The notes under the pieces are model-generated. The model did not search any database. It worked only from the letters and a program-made list of their open reading frames with translations, and was not told the DNA's origin. Below are positions 1 to 9,978 of a stretch of 64,000 nucleotides of DNA, piece by piece. The translations under genes and the position numbers were made by a program. This DNA comes from Dudresnaya verticillata (Eukaryota), in the NCBI GenBank assembly GCA_977862235.1, contig OZ374564.1:124001-188000 (forward strand), written 5' to 3'. The first letter of the stretch is position 1, and every line of letters begins with the position of its first letter.

Positions 1-429
1 TCCCCTTGCACCACACGTCGGACCCAAGCCGCAACTTCTTGAAGGTGGGCGCCCGAGGACGTGGCGCCATTTAAGGAGGGGAGTCTGTGGTGAAGTGAGC
101 CGTGGCGCGCATGCGGCCCACCGACGGCGAGCCAACCGTAACGGGTGATGTGGCAATACGCCACGCTGATGATCTGGCAACGTGTAACCGTGTCGGATGT
201 TGTGCGCATTGCTGTACGCCGGTACGCATTGCTGTACAGCAGTGAAGCGCACCAACCATACTGTGGTGCAAGGGGAGGGCTGCCCCTTTTTCGCTGTGAG
301 CGTATTATATGCCATCGTCTACCGATGGCACGTCAACCGCCGTTGGCGCGCGAACACGTCATAGACGATTGGCCCACGGGCATACGGCCACCGTTACCCC
401 GCGCGGCGCGGCGCACGCGCCCACTGTAC

Positions 430-655
430 GGCCAGATCCGGATACACGATCCCGATCGGCCGGGCGCAAGGCGCCCGCCTGTAAGCTTGGCCCGGGTCCG
501 GATCGGATCCGGATGGGACATCGAGATCCAGCATCCGAATCTACAGTGATGTAAGGAGCGCGCCTGTAATGGCCGCGCGCCAGCAATGCTGGCAGGGATC
601 TGGATCCGAATCCGGAATCCTCACGCCGCTACACGCATGCGTCTGTAAGCTACCC
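430..655. repeat. Degenerate ~80 bp periodic repeat (GATCC/ATCCG clusters each followed by CGYCTGTAA)
   Basis: CGCCTGTAAGCT at 476, CGCCTGTAAT at 561 and CGTCTGTAAGCT at 640, each preceded by GATCCG/GGATC-rich tracts. Confidence 0.5.
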
Positions 656-1151
656 CTGAGCTCCCGCGCACGCGGCTGCATGGCGACGACGACGTGTCAG
701 ACACTCGACGGCGTGACACGCGTCCTGCGTTCCCGCGCACCGCACCTGCCGCCGTCGCTCGCGTAGTATATTAGGTAATCCGTCTGAGACGCTGAGTAAA
801 CCCCGGACAAGCCGGCCTTGGTCCAGACTTCCCCGTTCCGCGCACGCGCGTACCCTACCGCTGCCTACGGCTAAGCGTCTACCTCCCGTGCTTCCACGTC
901 TGCCATCGTCCTTGACGTGCTCCCTTTCTGTTTCCTTTCCCCTTCCTTCACACCTTCCGCCTCGGGCGTCTACATTCCGCCCAAGGCGTGTTCCTTTGCT
1001 CTACCACCAAGTCGCCCACGGCGGGACCACCCCTCGCCAAGGGCGCAGCTACCCACCGAGCCCCGAACTGCTCGGCGGTCCATCGTCTACAGACGCTTTG
1101 CACCACACATACCGGAGTATTTGTAGTGTTTATTCTTTATTTTTGTAGTAT

Positions 1152-1175
1152 AGACGTCGGATCGATCCGACGTCT
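1152..1175. repeat. Perfect 24-bp palindrome
   Basis: AGACGTCGGATC|GATCCGACGTCT; extends to AGTAT/ATACT with one bulge (1147-1181). Confidence 0.9.
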
Positions 1176-2061
1176 GATACTTGCTGGTCCGAAGCCGCCA
1201 CACAGACCCGTCGATGGGTAGGTGTTGGGGTTGGTAGAGCGGTGTCGGCCGCGTGTGCCCCGCAGGTGCGGATCGACGGCGTCGATGCCGGAGCGCGCAC
1301 GGGGCGTACCGTACGCGGGTAGGCAGCGGCCGGATCCCAGCGTCCCTGTCGAAGGGCGGCACGAAGCCGACGGAAAGGAAAAGGAAAGGGGAAAGCCTAG
1401 CGAGGCAAGGGGAAAAAGGGAAACCGCCCGCTGGCGTAAGGCAAAGGGATCGAACCCGAAAAGGCTGGGGGCAAGCTTCAGCGCGAGCTGTTGCTTGACC
1501 GGTTTACTGAGCTGTCCATGGCCGACGGTCTTAAATACCCTACACTATGTGCACTACGACTACTTCTACAGTAGGTGCGCCCCACAACACCAACGCGGGA
1601 GGTGTGCGAGCGCGCGCCCATACACGTGTCGATACGTCCGGGTAACGGTTACCCGTGGGCGCGCGCGGGGCGTAACGGGCAGCGGCCCTCTCAACGGCTC
1701 GATGCCGGAGAGCGTCACAGGGGCGCGCCGTGTGCGGCACGGCGCGCGGCCGCTGCCGGCAGCAATGCGGTCGACCGCTACTAATTTCAACGAAAAAACT
1801 AAGGGCACGCTGCCCAACCACGACTCGCCAGCGGGCGTCATCGTGTGCACCATTACAGTGCAGCGCTGCCAGCATACCTTACAGCCGCTGCTGATAGTGT
1901 GCTGACAGCTATACTACAATTTTTAGTGAGTATCTGTACAGTATGTAGAGTAGTGCGCCAGCCAATGAGAATGCTGCGCATGTCCGTGTCGGAGATTGGG
2001 ACCAGCAGGGCCGATTTCACCATAGGACCAGACCACTAGGGTCTGGCCCCCGCGGACCGGA

Positions 2062-2108
2062 CCGCTCGGTGCCACCCTGACTTGTATATCAGGGCGGCAC
2101 CGCAGCGG
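2062..2108. other. Strong GC-rich hairpin
   Basis: CCGCTCGGTGCCACCCTGA-cttgtata-TCAGGGCGGCACCGCAGCGG; about 18 bp stem with one mismatch and one bulge. Confidence 0.8.
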
Positions 2109-2430
2109 CTCCTAAGGTAAACGGGTAAGCAACCTTAGCCCAATCCTTTACGGTTTTCCCCGCGCTGAGCCCGTTGCGGTCTACCACCACCACCGTTACG
2201 GAGTCCGTCCCGGCACTTGTACCACCCCCTTGTCTGTTGCTTCCCAATATCCGTCTCGGTTAGCCGCTAGCTGTTCTCCCGTTACGGTGCGAACTGCTCT
2301 ACCACCCCGTGGAGGTAGTGTTGCTCTCGTCCGTTAAGGAAAGTCAGGCCAGCTGTCCGTCTCGGAGTTCGTGGGTTTTCACTACACCACACAAACTGTC
2401 TAAATGCGAGACAATCACACTAAGGCAACA

Positions 2431-2546
2431 TGTCAAAATGACAAAATAGTACGTCTAGGCAGCCTGTCAAAATGACAAACTGGCAAGTTGTGACCAGGCA
2501 CCCTGTCAAAATGACAAACTGCCACGTCCAGACCCCCTGTCAAATG
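2431..2546. repeat. Array of palindromic TGTCAAAATGACAAA motifs (3 full copies, 1 partial)
   Basis: Copies at 2431, 2465 and 2504, partial TGTCAAATG at 2538; spacing 34/39/34 bp. Confidence 0.85.
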
Positions 2547-3325
2547 TTCACATTAGAACCATCTGCACACAGAAAACTACTTTGCGAAACTGTAAAGGGC
2601 TCCGGGGAGCGCGCCGCGCCGCGATGTCTTCCCTTGTTCGTCTATAATGTTCTACCCGGGACCAAAGGTGTGCACAAAAGGTGTTCCCCTCGCGACAGTA
2701 CACTAAGTATTGTAGTGTACCGGAAACTAACCCACACCCCCCTGCGCTTGTGCAAACGCAAGCAAGCGCAGTGCTCGCGACCCTTCAGTGTGTCAGTGCA
2801 CATGGACGGCTACAGTACCACGCCCACACTGTGTCCTGTACTGTAGTCTTTTGGTGTGAGCATGGCATGCACCTTATGGAAACAGCTGAACCCACAAGCC
2901 AGGTGACAGGTGGCAGACTTGTACCCCACACCTTCCCCTCTGTGTATACCCCTGCTATTTCCAACGTTCAAAGACCCCCATTCCCCTCGAATCCGAATGC
3001 ATTTATGTTCAGAACATGAATAATATCGCACACGTCACCCGCATGTCCGCAAGCCAGAAGAGGTACAAAACGACTGAAGCACTGATCTGCTTGAGGTATT
3101 GAATAGAGCGTCCAAGAATATGTTGTTAGGTCTAATGTTAAATCTTCTAATTGCAGATTCTTCGCACCTTTCCTAGTGAGGATAGTGTGTCTTGTCTTGC
3201 GAATGCTTGCTCGTGGTACCGCTTCGACTTGAGGATAGCTGCTTGCGGGAGGCTTTGCTTGGGAATATTTGCTCATAACACCAATCGAAGGAAAGGCCTT
3301 TCATGTGAAGTTCTAGATCAGCTCG

Positions 3326-4333
3326 TTATGCTGGTCTGCCCCATGTAACAGACTCGTGATGGTAGATAGCGTCGTCATATAGAAGGTTTCTGTGTCGATA
3401 TGTGCCGAGATCAAACTTGACCATGTGTCTGACAAAACCGCGCTCGGTGAGGAATGCGTGGATATCGTCAAAGGCTTCTTGTGATATCTCAACGGTGATT
3501 ACGCGAACATGGACTCGGTTCCAATCGATGCCTTTCAGGACCTGAATCTCGTGCCCCTCAACATCAAGACTGAGATAATCTATGTCAAGTATGCCAGCTC
3601 TGTCCATGGCAAACTGGGTCGTGGTGCAATTGAGCTTGATTGTGCGAACAACATCGCCAAGCTTTTGCCAGCGGGGTTTGTTCTTATTGGTATCATAGAC
3701 ACCACTATACCCACCGTTGAGAGCAAACTCGACGTTGGATCCCGGGTAATCCGAGACGCAGGTAGGGACGAGGGCGCAGGAGCGCTGTGCGAACAAGGCG
3801 GGTAGGAATTCTGGGTTGCCCTCAACGCAGAGGCCGCGCCACTGCAGACAAGCATCGAAGAAGTAGGTGTTGGAGATGTAGACGGGCTCGTGTGCGGCGA
3901 TGTCGGCGTAGACTCCGGGACCGGCGAGGTGTCGAAAGTGGTGGTGGTAGACGTACCAGTCCTGCGCGAACTGCGAGAACATGACTGGAGTGCCGTCAGC
4001 GCAGACGTGTGTGGTTGAACTCCAATTGCATTGCGGTCGGAAGGGAATGGGCTGTCGGATCAGGGCAGGGCAGTAGGGCGGGATGGAGGGCAGGGTGGAG
4101 GAGGCGGAGGATCTTGGGGATAGGGTCGGGGCGAGGTTGGCAGGGGTGCGCATGATGTACTGGAGGATGATAGCAAACTGCAGGATGACAGTGAGAAGGA
4201 GCAAGGGGACCAGGGGGCCCCGGCGGGACAGCTGGGTTCCGAGCTTTGCCATTCCACACAGTTGGTAATGACCGTGCGGATGGCGATCCTGCAGGAAAGC
4301 GAAGGGGGCGTGCTTGGAAAGCGGGGAGGGCAT
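3326..4333 (-). CDS. FkbM-family (Methyltransf_21) SAM-dependent methyltransferase with N-terminal membrane anchor
   Basis: SQFAQD, YADIAAHEP..SNTYFF, WRGLCVEGNP and IDYLSLDVEGHE..VLKGIDW motifs; hydrophobic LVPLLLLTVILQFAIILQYIM followed by a Pro/Ser stem; alternative start at 4252. Confidence 0.85.
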   Translation of the reverse strand: MPSPLSKHAPFAFLQDRHPHGHYQLCGMAKLGTQLSRRGPLVPLLLLTVILQFAIILQYIMRTPANLAPTLSPRSSASSTLPSIPPYCPALIRQPIPFRPQCNWSSTTHVCADGTPVMFSQFAQDWYVYHHHFRHLAGPGVYADIAAHEPVYISNTYFFDACLQWRGLCVEGNPEFLPALFAQRSCALVPTCVSDYPGSNVEFALNGGYSGVYDTNKNKPRWQKLGDVVRTIKLNCTTTQFAMDRAGILDIDYLSLDVEGHEIQVLKGIDWNRVHVRVITVEISQEAFDDIHAFLTERGFVRHMVKFDLGTYRHRNLLYDDAIYHHESVTWGRPA

Positions 4334-5548
4334 TCACCGCATTGCGGTGCTTCTTGAAGGAAGCATTTCTCAGACCCTATAACTATAAGGTTTATTAAGA
4401 AATGGTACTGTACTGTAGAGTAACAAATCAAAAATCTACGCAATTGTTTCAGAAAGGAGAATGATTGTAGAAAGAAAAACTCTCGCTCGGGGCCGATGTC
4501 ACGCCGAATTCTTATGATTGGCCCTGAAGGCGCGCCGTGAAGGCCAGCCGTGACAACCCGCTCGTCACATCACATTAACAGGATGCTTGAAAATAAATGA
4601 CATAAATAACAGCATGCTACATTACTTCTCATTAACAGAACAGAAAATATGTTGTGACAATCACGCTACGATATCAGCACTTGGTGAAGGGACGATAACC
4701 CGATATTGGCTTGCAGAAACGCCTGAGACGCTCCACCAGGAGAGTGCTGACCCACTCCCCGAGCTAATCTGGACCTTCCTACCCCTTCGTCCAGCACACC
4801 CTCGGGGTACTCTACCACTATGACACTGGGATATATATCAACAGGCTGAATCCTGTAGCTTTTTGGGAAACTGCTCAACAATTACAGACATGTTTTTCTC
4901 TCGGATTGTACAACGCTTTGTTCCTGAAAACTAACAAAATGGTAGCACCAGAGAGAAAGTTGTAGTATCGAGTCTGATAGCGATACTAGAGGGCTCGGGT
5001 TGTTTTGTTACTTGAATAGGTGAAGCGGATTGCCCTGCTGTCTCAGTCGTGACATTGTCCTTTTCTAAAGCGGTGTGTGCTCTATCGCTGTGATCATGGC
5101 CGTTTGTTGTCTGGGGGCAGCGAAATAGCCAACTAAAAGAGAACGGAGCAACGCAGTCACTGGAGTAACCGGCTGAAGTACATGGATGCTCTGGCACCAA
5201 ATGGTATCATTAGCAGCTAATGTATTCTGTTCGTTGAGCCCCAGAATCCGTGTTAGGGAAGTCTCACAACGGGCAAAGAAAAATCTGTGGGGGACAAGTG
5301 GCAGATCCTGTTTGGAGTATTCTGTGCATTTTCCAGATTTTTGAGCCATCGTCCGCCTTGCGCTCGTATGATACAGTGCACCCCCCGCCGCCAGCGCACA
5401 CTTCATCCCGCGGTGCAGCGGGGTGAGCATTCTTGGAGAGCAAACCCGCCGCCAGTTCAGCTCGTCGCCTTGAGCTTGCCCTAGACCAGCAGGAAGTGCT
5501 CTTGTCGTCAACCACATTTAACAGAGCTCTTCTTGCCTTCCCGGAATC

Positions 5549-6034
5549 ATGTTTGCCGAAGAACGCCAGGCGATGTTCCATCTTCAAAAGTCGTTCAAGT
5601 TTGAGGCGTCTCATCAGCTTGTTCACCATGCTGGGAAATGCCGCCGCTTGCACGGCCACAGCTACGTTCTTGTAGTTGAGCTCTCCGGCGATGCTTTGCA
5701 AAAGAGCGGCACAGAATCAAACATGCTTTGTGACTTTGGTCAAGTGTCTAAAGCTGTCAAGCCACTGCTTGAATCTCACCTCGATCACCATCACCTAAAC
5801 GATACACTGGACACAGACAGCCCGACTGCCGAGTTTATCGCAAAGTGGGTCTACGAGCGAATTGAAAAGCAGCTCCCAAAGTTGGACGCCGTAATGATAA
5901 AGGAAACCTCTTCTTCAGTTGCTATTTATCGACCGCATCGGAAACACACGACGTGCTACTGCGAATGCCAAGGGAAATACGACGCACCACAGCTACCTGT
6001 TGAAGATTTTGAACCAAAGGAGAACGGCTTATAA
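5549..6034 (+). CDS. queD: QueD-type 6-pyruvoyl-tetrahydropterin / 6-carboxy-tetrahydropterin synthase family protein
   Basis: FKFEASHQL, CRRLHGHSY, DF, LDHHHLND, PTAEFIAKW and IKET motifs of the PTPS/QueD T-fold family; in-frame stop at 5519 upstream of the ATG. Confidence 0.9.
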   Translation: MFAEERQAMFHLQKSFKFEASHQLVHHAGKCRRLHGHSYVLVVELSGDALQKSGTESNMLCDFGQVSKAVKPLLESHLDHHHLNDTLDTDSPTAEFIAKWVYERIEKQLPKLDAVMIKETSSSVAIYRPHRKHTTCYCECQGKYDAPQLPVEDFEPKENGL

Positions 6035-6299
6035 GTTCAGTGCGAGCGATGCTGTCTCGAACGAGACAGGCAAGTACTACCAAAGTCGCTGAGAACATCT
6101 TTTCGTTTTTGGAATCGCGCAGTAGACTCGGGCTACTCACGTGAAGTGCTCTTATTATAAGACCTCACCATTGTTTATGCTAGCATGGTCGTGGGATTTC
6201 GTCTCGGAGAGGTCGCAACAGTCGAACTTCCATAGTCGGACAACGGTCGATACGCCGTACAACTGACGTGATTTGTGGATACTAAGTTAAGAAGACTGG

Positions 6300-7799
6300 T
6301 CATTTATGCTCCCGTGGCTTGCTAGCACCGGTGTGGATATCGGTTACGTCAAGTTGCAGTATATCAGCATCACAGTTCAGCAGCCCAGCGACATTAGGCA
6401 CCGTACGACCGTTGTCGCCATGCACAAACTCCTTGATGTATGTCCCCGCAGCGGCAATAACGTCCAAGACAAAAAAGTTGGAAGACACGATACTTGCTAC
6501 CTTAGTCTCAAAAATTTGCTTCTTGCGCACCATCTGAGTTCTACGGTGCAACACACGAAGTGGTGTCTTCTGCTTGAGCATGAACCCACCGTCCACTTCC
6601 AATCGCTCCACCAGTTCTGCGCGTGTGCATTCACGGCTGGTCCACACGACGCAGCGATAGCACTTGCGCTTCTCAGACTCGTAGGTACGCATCTGGGAGA
6701 AATAGTCTTTTGATACGATGCGCAAGTCGTTGAGCAAAATGGACTTGCTTTCTGCACCGGACAGGGTAGCCATGCGACGGACCATGCCCGGAGTAATGAG
6801 ATCTGGGATGACGCAGGGGTTGATTACCTCGACAACGAAGGGACGGCCGCGACCCAGCATGCGAACATCGACATCCTCTCGACCGCCTGCAGTAAACGTA
6901 GCCTTTTCGGGACGCAAGACGGCACATATTCCAGCTGTAGCTACCTCCTCAACGCTTATCGCAGTGCGCTTGCGACGACCGTGGGCGTCAGTTTCTCGCT
7001 CCTCAGCAGGCTGGGCGGGCTCGGCAGATGGTACCGCAGCAGCTAGACCTCGTGCTTGAGACAGCGGGGCGTCTACAAACCAAGGCGTTTGAGAAATGAC
7101 ACGGGAAAGCTTGTTATAGGAGGCTGCGAGAAGGACTGGGGCAACTGAGACCGAGACATGAATATCAGCTTCGGTGGTGACTGGGGGTGGGGGCAGAAAA
7201 TTCGGCCCGACAGCCTGAATAAAGCGGTCATCCGACATCGATTCGATGGTTCGCGTGGCAACAGAGGTGGGAACGGGGCCTCGCTGGGACGACTCGGATA
7301 CACGCGGACGTTTTGGCGAGGTGTGGGACTGCTTCGCTTTGCGGACAAAGGCGGAGTCGCAGTCTGTTTCCGGGTGGGTGAATGTTAGGTCCAGAAAAAG
7401 CTGCGCTTGAGGGGAGTATTCGAGGTTGTGATTGACTCGTAGTTGATCGCACAGAGTCCATTTGACAGCTTCACGCAGAGAGACATGGTGATATCTTTCG
7501 GCGGCTGCTCGGGATCGACTTGTGGAGCTGGAAGTTTGGGAAAGATGCAGGCGGTGGGCGCGGTCACGGAGGACAGAGGCTGAGATGGGAAGGGCGGTGT
7601 TGATTTTGATGCGGGAGTTGTGGGTTAGTGACGCCAGTTGCGGGGAAAGGGCGGATGAGAGCTTTGATAGCACAGAATCTTGCAAAATGCCGAGGCAGAG
7701 CGGGCACGGTTGAGCTGTGGGCGGGGATGGCTGGGAGTAGAGTTTGTGGTTGCGAGCATTGGAGAGTCGGAGGGCGCATCGAGAGCACACTGACGACAT
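6300..7799 (-). CDS. PUS10: tRNA pseudouridine synthase Pus10
   Basis: N-terminal CSRC...CPLCLG zinc site; YNKLSRVISQTPW, catalytic GREDVDVRMLGRGRPF, QKTPLRVLHRR, AGTYIKEFVHGDNGRT. Confidence 0.95.
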   Translation of the reverse strand: MSSVCSRCALRLSNARNHKLYSQPSPPTAQPCPLCLGILQDSVLSKLSSALSPQLASLTHNSRIKINTALPISASVLRDRAHRLHLSQTSSSTSRSRAAAERYHHVSLREAVKWTLCDQLRVNHNLEYSPQAQLFLDLTFTHPETDCDSAFVRKAKQSHTSPKRPRVSESSQRGPVPTSVATRTIESMSDDRFIQAVGPNFLPPPPVTTEADIHVSVSVAPVLLAASYNKLSRVISQTPWFVDAPLSQARGLAAAVPSAEPAQPAEERETDAHGRRKRTAISVEEVATAGICAVLRPEKATFTAGGREDVDVRMLGRGRPFVVEVINPCVIPDLITPGMVRRMATLSGAESKSILLNDLRIVSKDYFSQMRTYESEKRKCYRCVVWTSRECTRAELVERLEVDGGFMLKQKTPLRVLHRRTQMVRKKQIFETKVASIVSSNFFVLDVIAAAGTYIKEFVHGDNGRTVPNVAGLLNCDADILQLDVTDIHTGASKPREHK

Positions 7800-8304
7800 G
7801 GCGCTCGACGGAGTGCTGGCGAAGGGAGTTTGTCGGCCCCGGTTGATCTGTCAAGGGGTGTAAGGTGGATCAATGAGGGAGGAGGGCGGGTGGGAATACG
7901 GGGATAATTGCAATTGTTGGGTAATTAGACGGGCGGGAAAGGAATTACCTTTCGAGGAGGTGGGGCGGGCGGCGCCTGCTGGGGGGAGTATCTGGGAGGG
8001 AGCACCAGGGACCATCCGTTGGACGAGCAGTCGATCTGAAGCGGCATTCTGGCGTCTCTCGCCAAAGATCGCTCCACATCGTGCGGCTCAGCTCGCCCGC
8101 CTGCCGTCCTTCCACCCCTGCAAAAGCGCTTCAAAACGACCCAATTACCCGGCATAATCTTACTTTTCCCACCCCCCTTCCTTTCGGTCCCGAGTCCCGT
8201 ATCCTCCGCTGTGTCCGCCGCCCTCCTCGGTCGCCACTGAGCCACCCTTCTCGCTCCTCCCCCGTCCTTCCCTCAGCCCTTCCCCGTCTTCCCCCCCTCT
8301 AGCC

Positions 8305-9978
8305 ATGTATGCCACTCCAACCTTCATCGCTGCTGCGCCGCCCTCAGCTGCTCTCGTTCGAGACCCACCCCGTATGATCGCAGCCCCAAAGCGCGCGCGC
8401 GCGTCGGCAAAGCGCTCGTCACGTCCCACTACGCCCCCGTCAAGACGCCCATCCAGACCGCCAAAACAACATGCCCCGCAGCCGCCCGAGCCCAGCAGTT
8501 CTGACTTTAATCCCGACCTTGTGGCAGAGGCCGCCGCCTGCGCCATGTTGGAGCAACACCCACATTTGCTCGAACGTGCGGATGATACCGTTGCTCGAGC
8601 CGCAGCATCCTCGTCTGCGTCGAAAAGTTTTGCTGCAGCCCCCGCGCAGCCGTCAAAACAATCTACCCAGGCTTCGAAGCCGAAGCGAACGCGCGTTTCT
8701 TCAAAAGCAGCCACCGAAGGCAAATCGTTGAACATTGACATTCCCGTTGCGGAGGAGCAATCTGGGGATATCCCTAAGGTCGATAGCAAGAAAGACAAGG
8801 AAAAATTGCCGCCAACTGCTTCTTTGGCATCGATTATGACTTCGTCAAAAGGTGAGCCTGTTACAGCATCTGCTGCGCCAGGTCCAAAACCTCGTGGAAA
8901 GCGTGGGCCGCGTAAGAAGAAAGCTGGGACCAGCCTCAGTGGGAAGTCTCGCGAAGTTCGCGACGGCGAAGGCCCAGGGCGACGTGATGGGGTCTCGTTT
9001 TCATCGAACCCGACCCGAGGTGCAGCAGATAACACTGTACGCTGGTATCTTCAGCTCATAGGTGGTGACCGTCTTCTTCGAGCCGATGAAGAGGTCGAGC
9101 TGGGACACCAAATTCGTGACCTCATGATGTGGCAACGCAAGTTTGTTGAGTTGGCCGATACAATCGGTCGTGAGCCCACTGAGTCTGAATGGGCCGACTA
9201 CATGGGAATGGACCGGGATGACTTCTTGACTAAGTTGGTCCACGCGAAGCGTGCGAAAGACCGTATGATAGTCTGCAACTTGCGCCTCGTTGTCTCGATC
9301 GCGAAGAGGTATCTTAACCGTGGTATGCCTCTATCAGACCTTATTCAAGAAGGGACCCTTGGCCTTATCCGTGCGTGTGAGAAGTTTGACGCAGATCGAG
9401 GCTTCAAGTTTTCCACGTACGCCACCTGGTGGGTGAGGCAGGCCGTAAGTCGATCTATTGCCGATCAGTCTCGAACGGTTCGCCTTCCTGTTCATTTGTA
9501 TGATACTATAACAGCCATTCGCCGTGCCACCAAGTATCTCACCAACGAACTGTGCCGCCCACCGCTTGAAACCGAAATTGCGGAGTACTGCAATATCACA
9601 GTGGACAAGTTGCGAATGACTCGAGTTAACATGCAGTCTACTCTGCCGCTGGACTGCCCCTTGTCGAGTACCGACGACGCGCTCACGTTGAGTGATGTCA
9701 TTGAAAGCGGTGAAGAAAGCCCGGAAGATCGTGTCGAGTCATCTCTTCTTCGTGATGATTTGGAACATGTTGTAAATAGCCTCACACCACGTGAGCGGGA
9801 TGTTGTCCGGATGCGATACGGACTGGATGACGGCAGGGCAAAGACCCTGGAAGAAATAGGTCGCGTTTTTGATGTGACCAAGGAACGTGTGCGACAGATT
9901 GAATCCAAGGCGTTACGGAAGCTAAGACACCCGTATCGCTCGGCTGTCCTGAGGGAGTACAGCCCTCCGGACTTGTAA
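8305..9978 (+). CDS. Nuclear-encoded plastid RNA polymerase sigma-70 factor
   Basis: Region 2 NLRLVVSIAKRY..DLIQEG..GFKFSTYATWWVRQA; region 4 TLEEIGRVFDVTKERVRQIESKALRKLR; long Ser/Pro/Ala-rich N-terminal extension. Confidence 0.95.
   Translation: MYATPTFIAAAPPSAALVRDPPRMIAAPKRARASAKRSSRPTTPPSRRPSRPPKQHAPQPPEPSSSDFNPDLVAEAAACAMLEQHPHLLERADDTVARAAASSSASKSFAAAPAQPSKQSTQASKPKRTRVSSKAATEGKSLNIDIPVAEEQSGDIPKVDSKKDKEKLPPTASLASIMTSSKGEPVTASAAPGPKPRGKRGPRKKKAGTSLSGKSREVRDGEGPGRRDGVSFSSNPTRGAADNTVRWYLQLIGGDRLLRADEEVELGHQIRDLMMWQRKFVELADTIGREPTESEWADYMGMDRDDFLTKLVHAKRAKDRMIVCNLRLVVSIAKRYLNRGMPLSDLIQEGTLGLIRACEKFDADRGFKFSTYATWWVRQAVSRSIADQSRTVRLPVHLYDTITAIRRATKYLTNELCRPPLETEIAEYCNITVDKLRMTRVNMQSTLPLDCPLSSTDDALTLSDVIESGEESPEDRVESSLLRDDLEHVVNSLTPRERDVVRMRYGLDDGRAKTLEEIGRVFDVTKERVRQIESKALRKLRHPYRSAVLREYSPPDL

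Noticed and set aside
160..200. Hammerhead ribozyme core CTGATGA (also on the minus strand near 16631, 31238 and 49461)
   Set aside because: No correctly placed stem II plus GAAA and stem III could be built
1446..1457. tRNA T-loop / B-box GGGTTCGATCCC on the minus strand
   Set aside because: No acceptor, D or anticodon arms around it
1222..1905. 227-aa ORF and other ORFs in 1-3300
   Set aside because: Arg/Gly/Pro-rich GC-driven frames with no recognisable domain or transposase motif
2431..2546. CRISPR-like repeat-spacer array
   Set aside because: Repeats of only ~15 bp, spacers of 19-24 bp that resemble each other, 3-4 units, no cas genes, eukaryotic context
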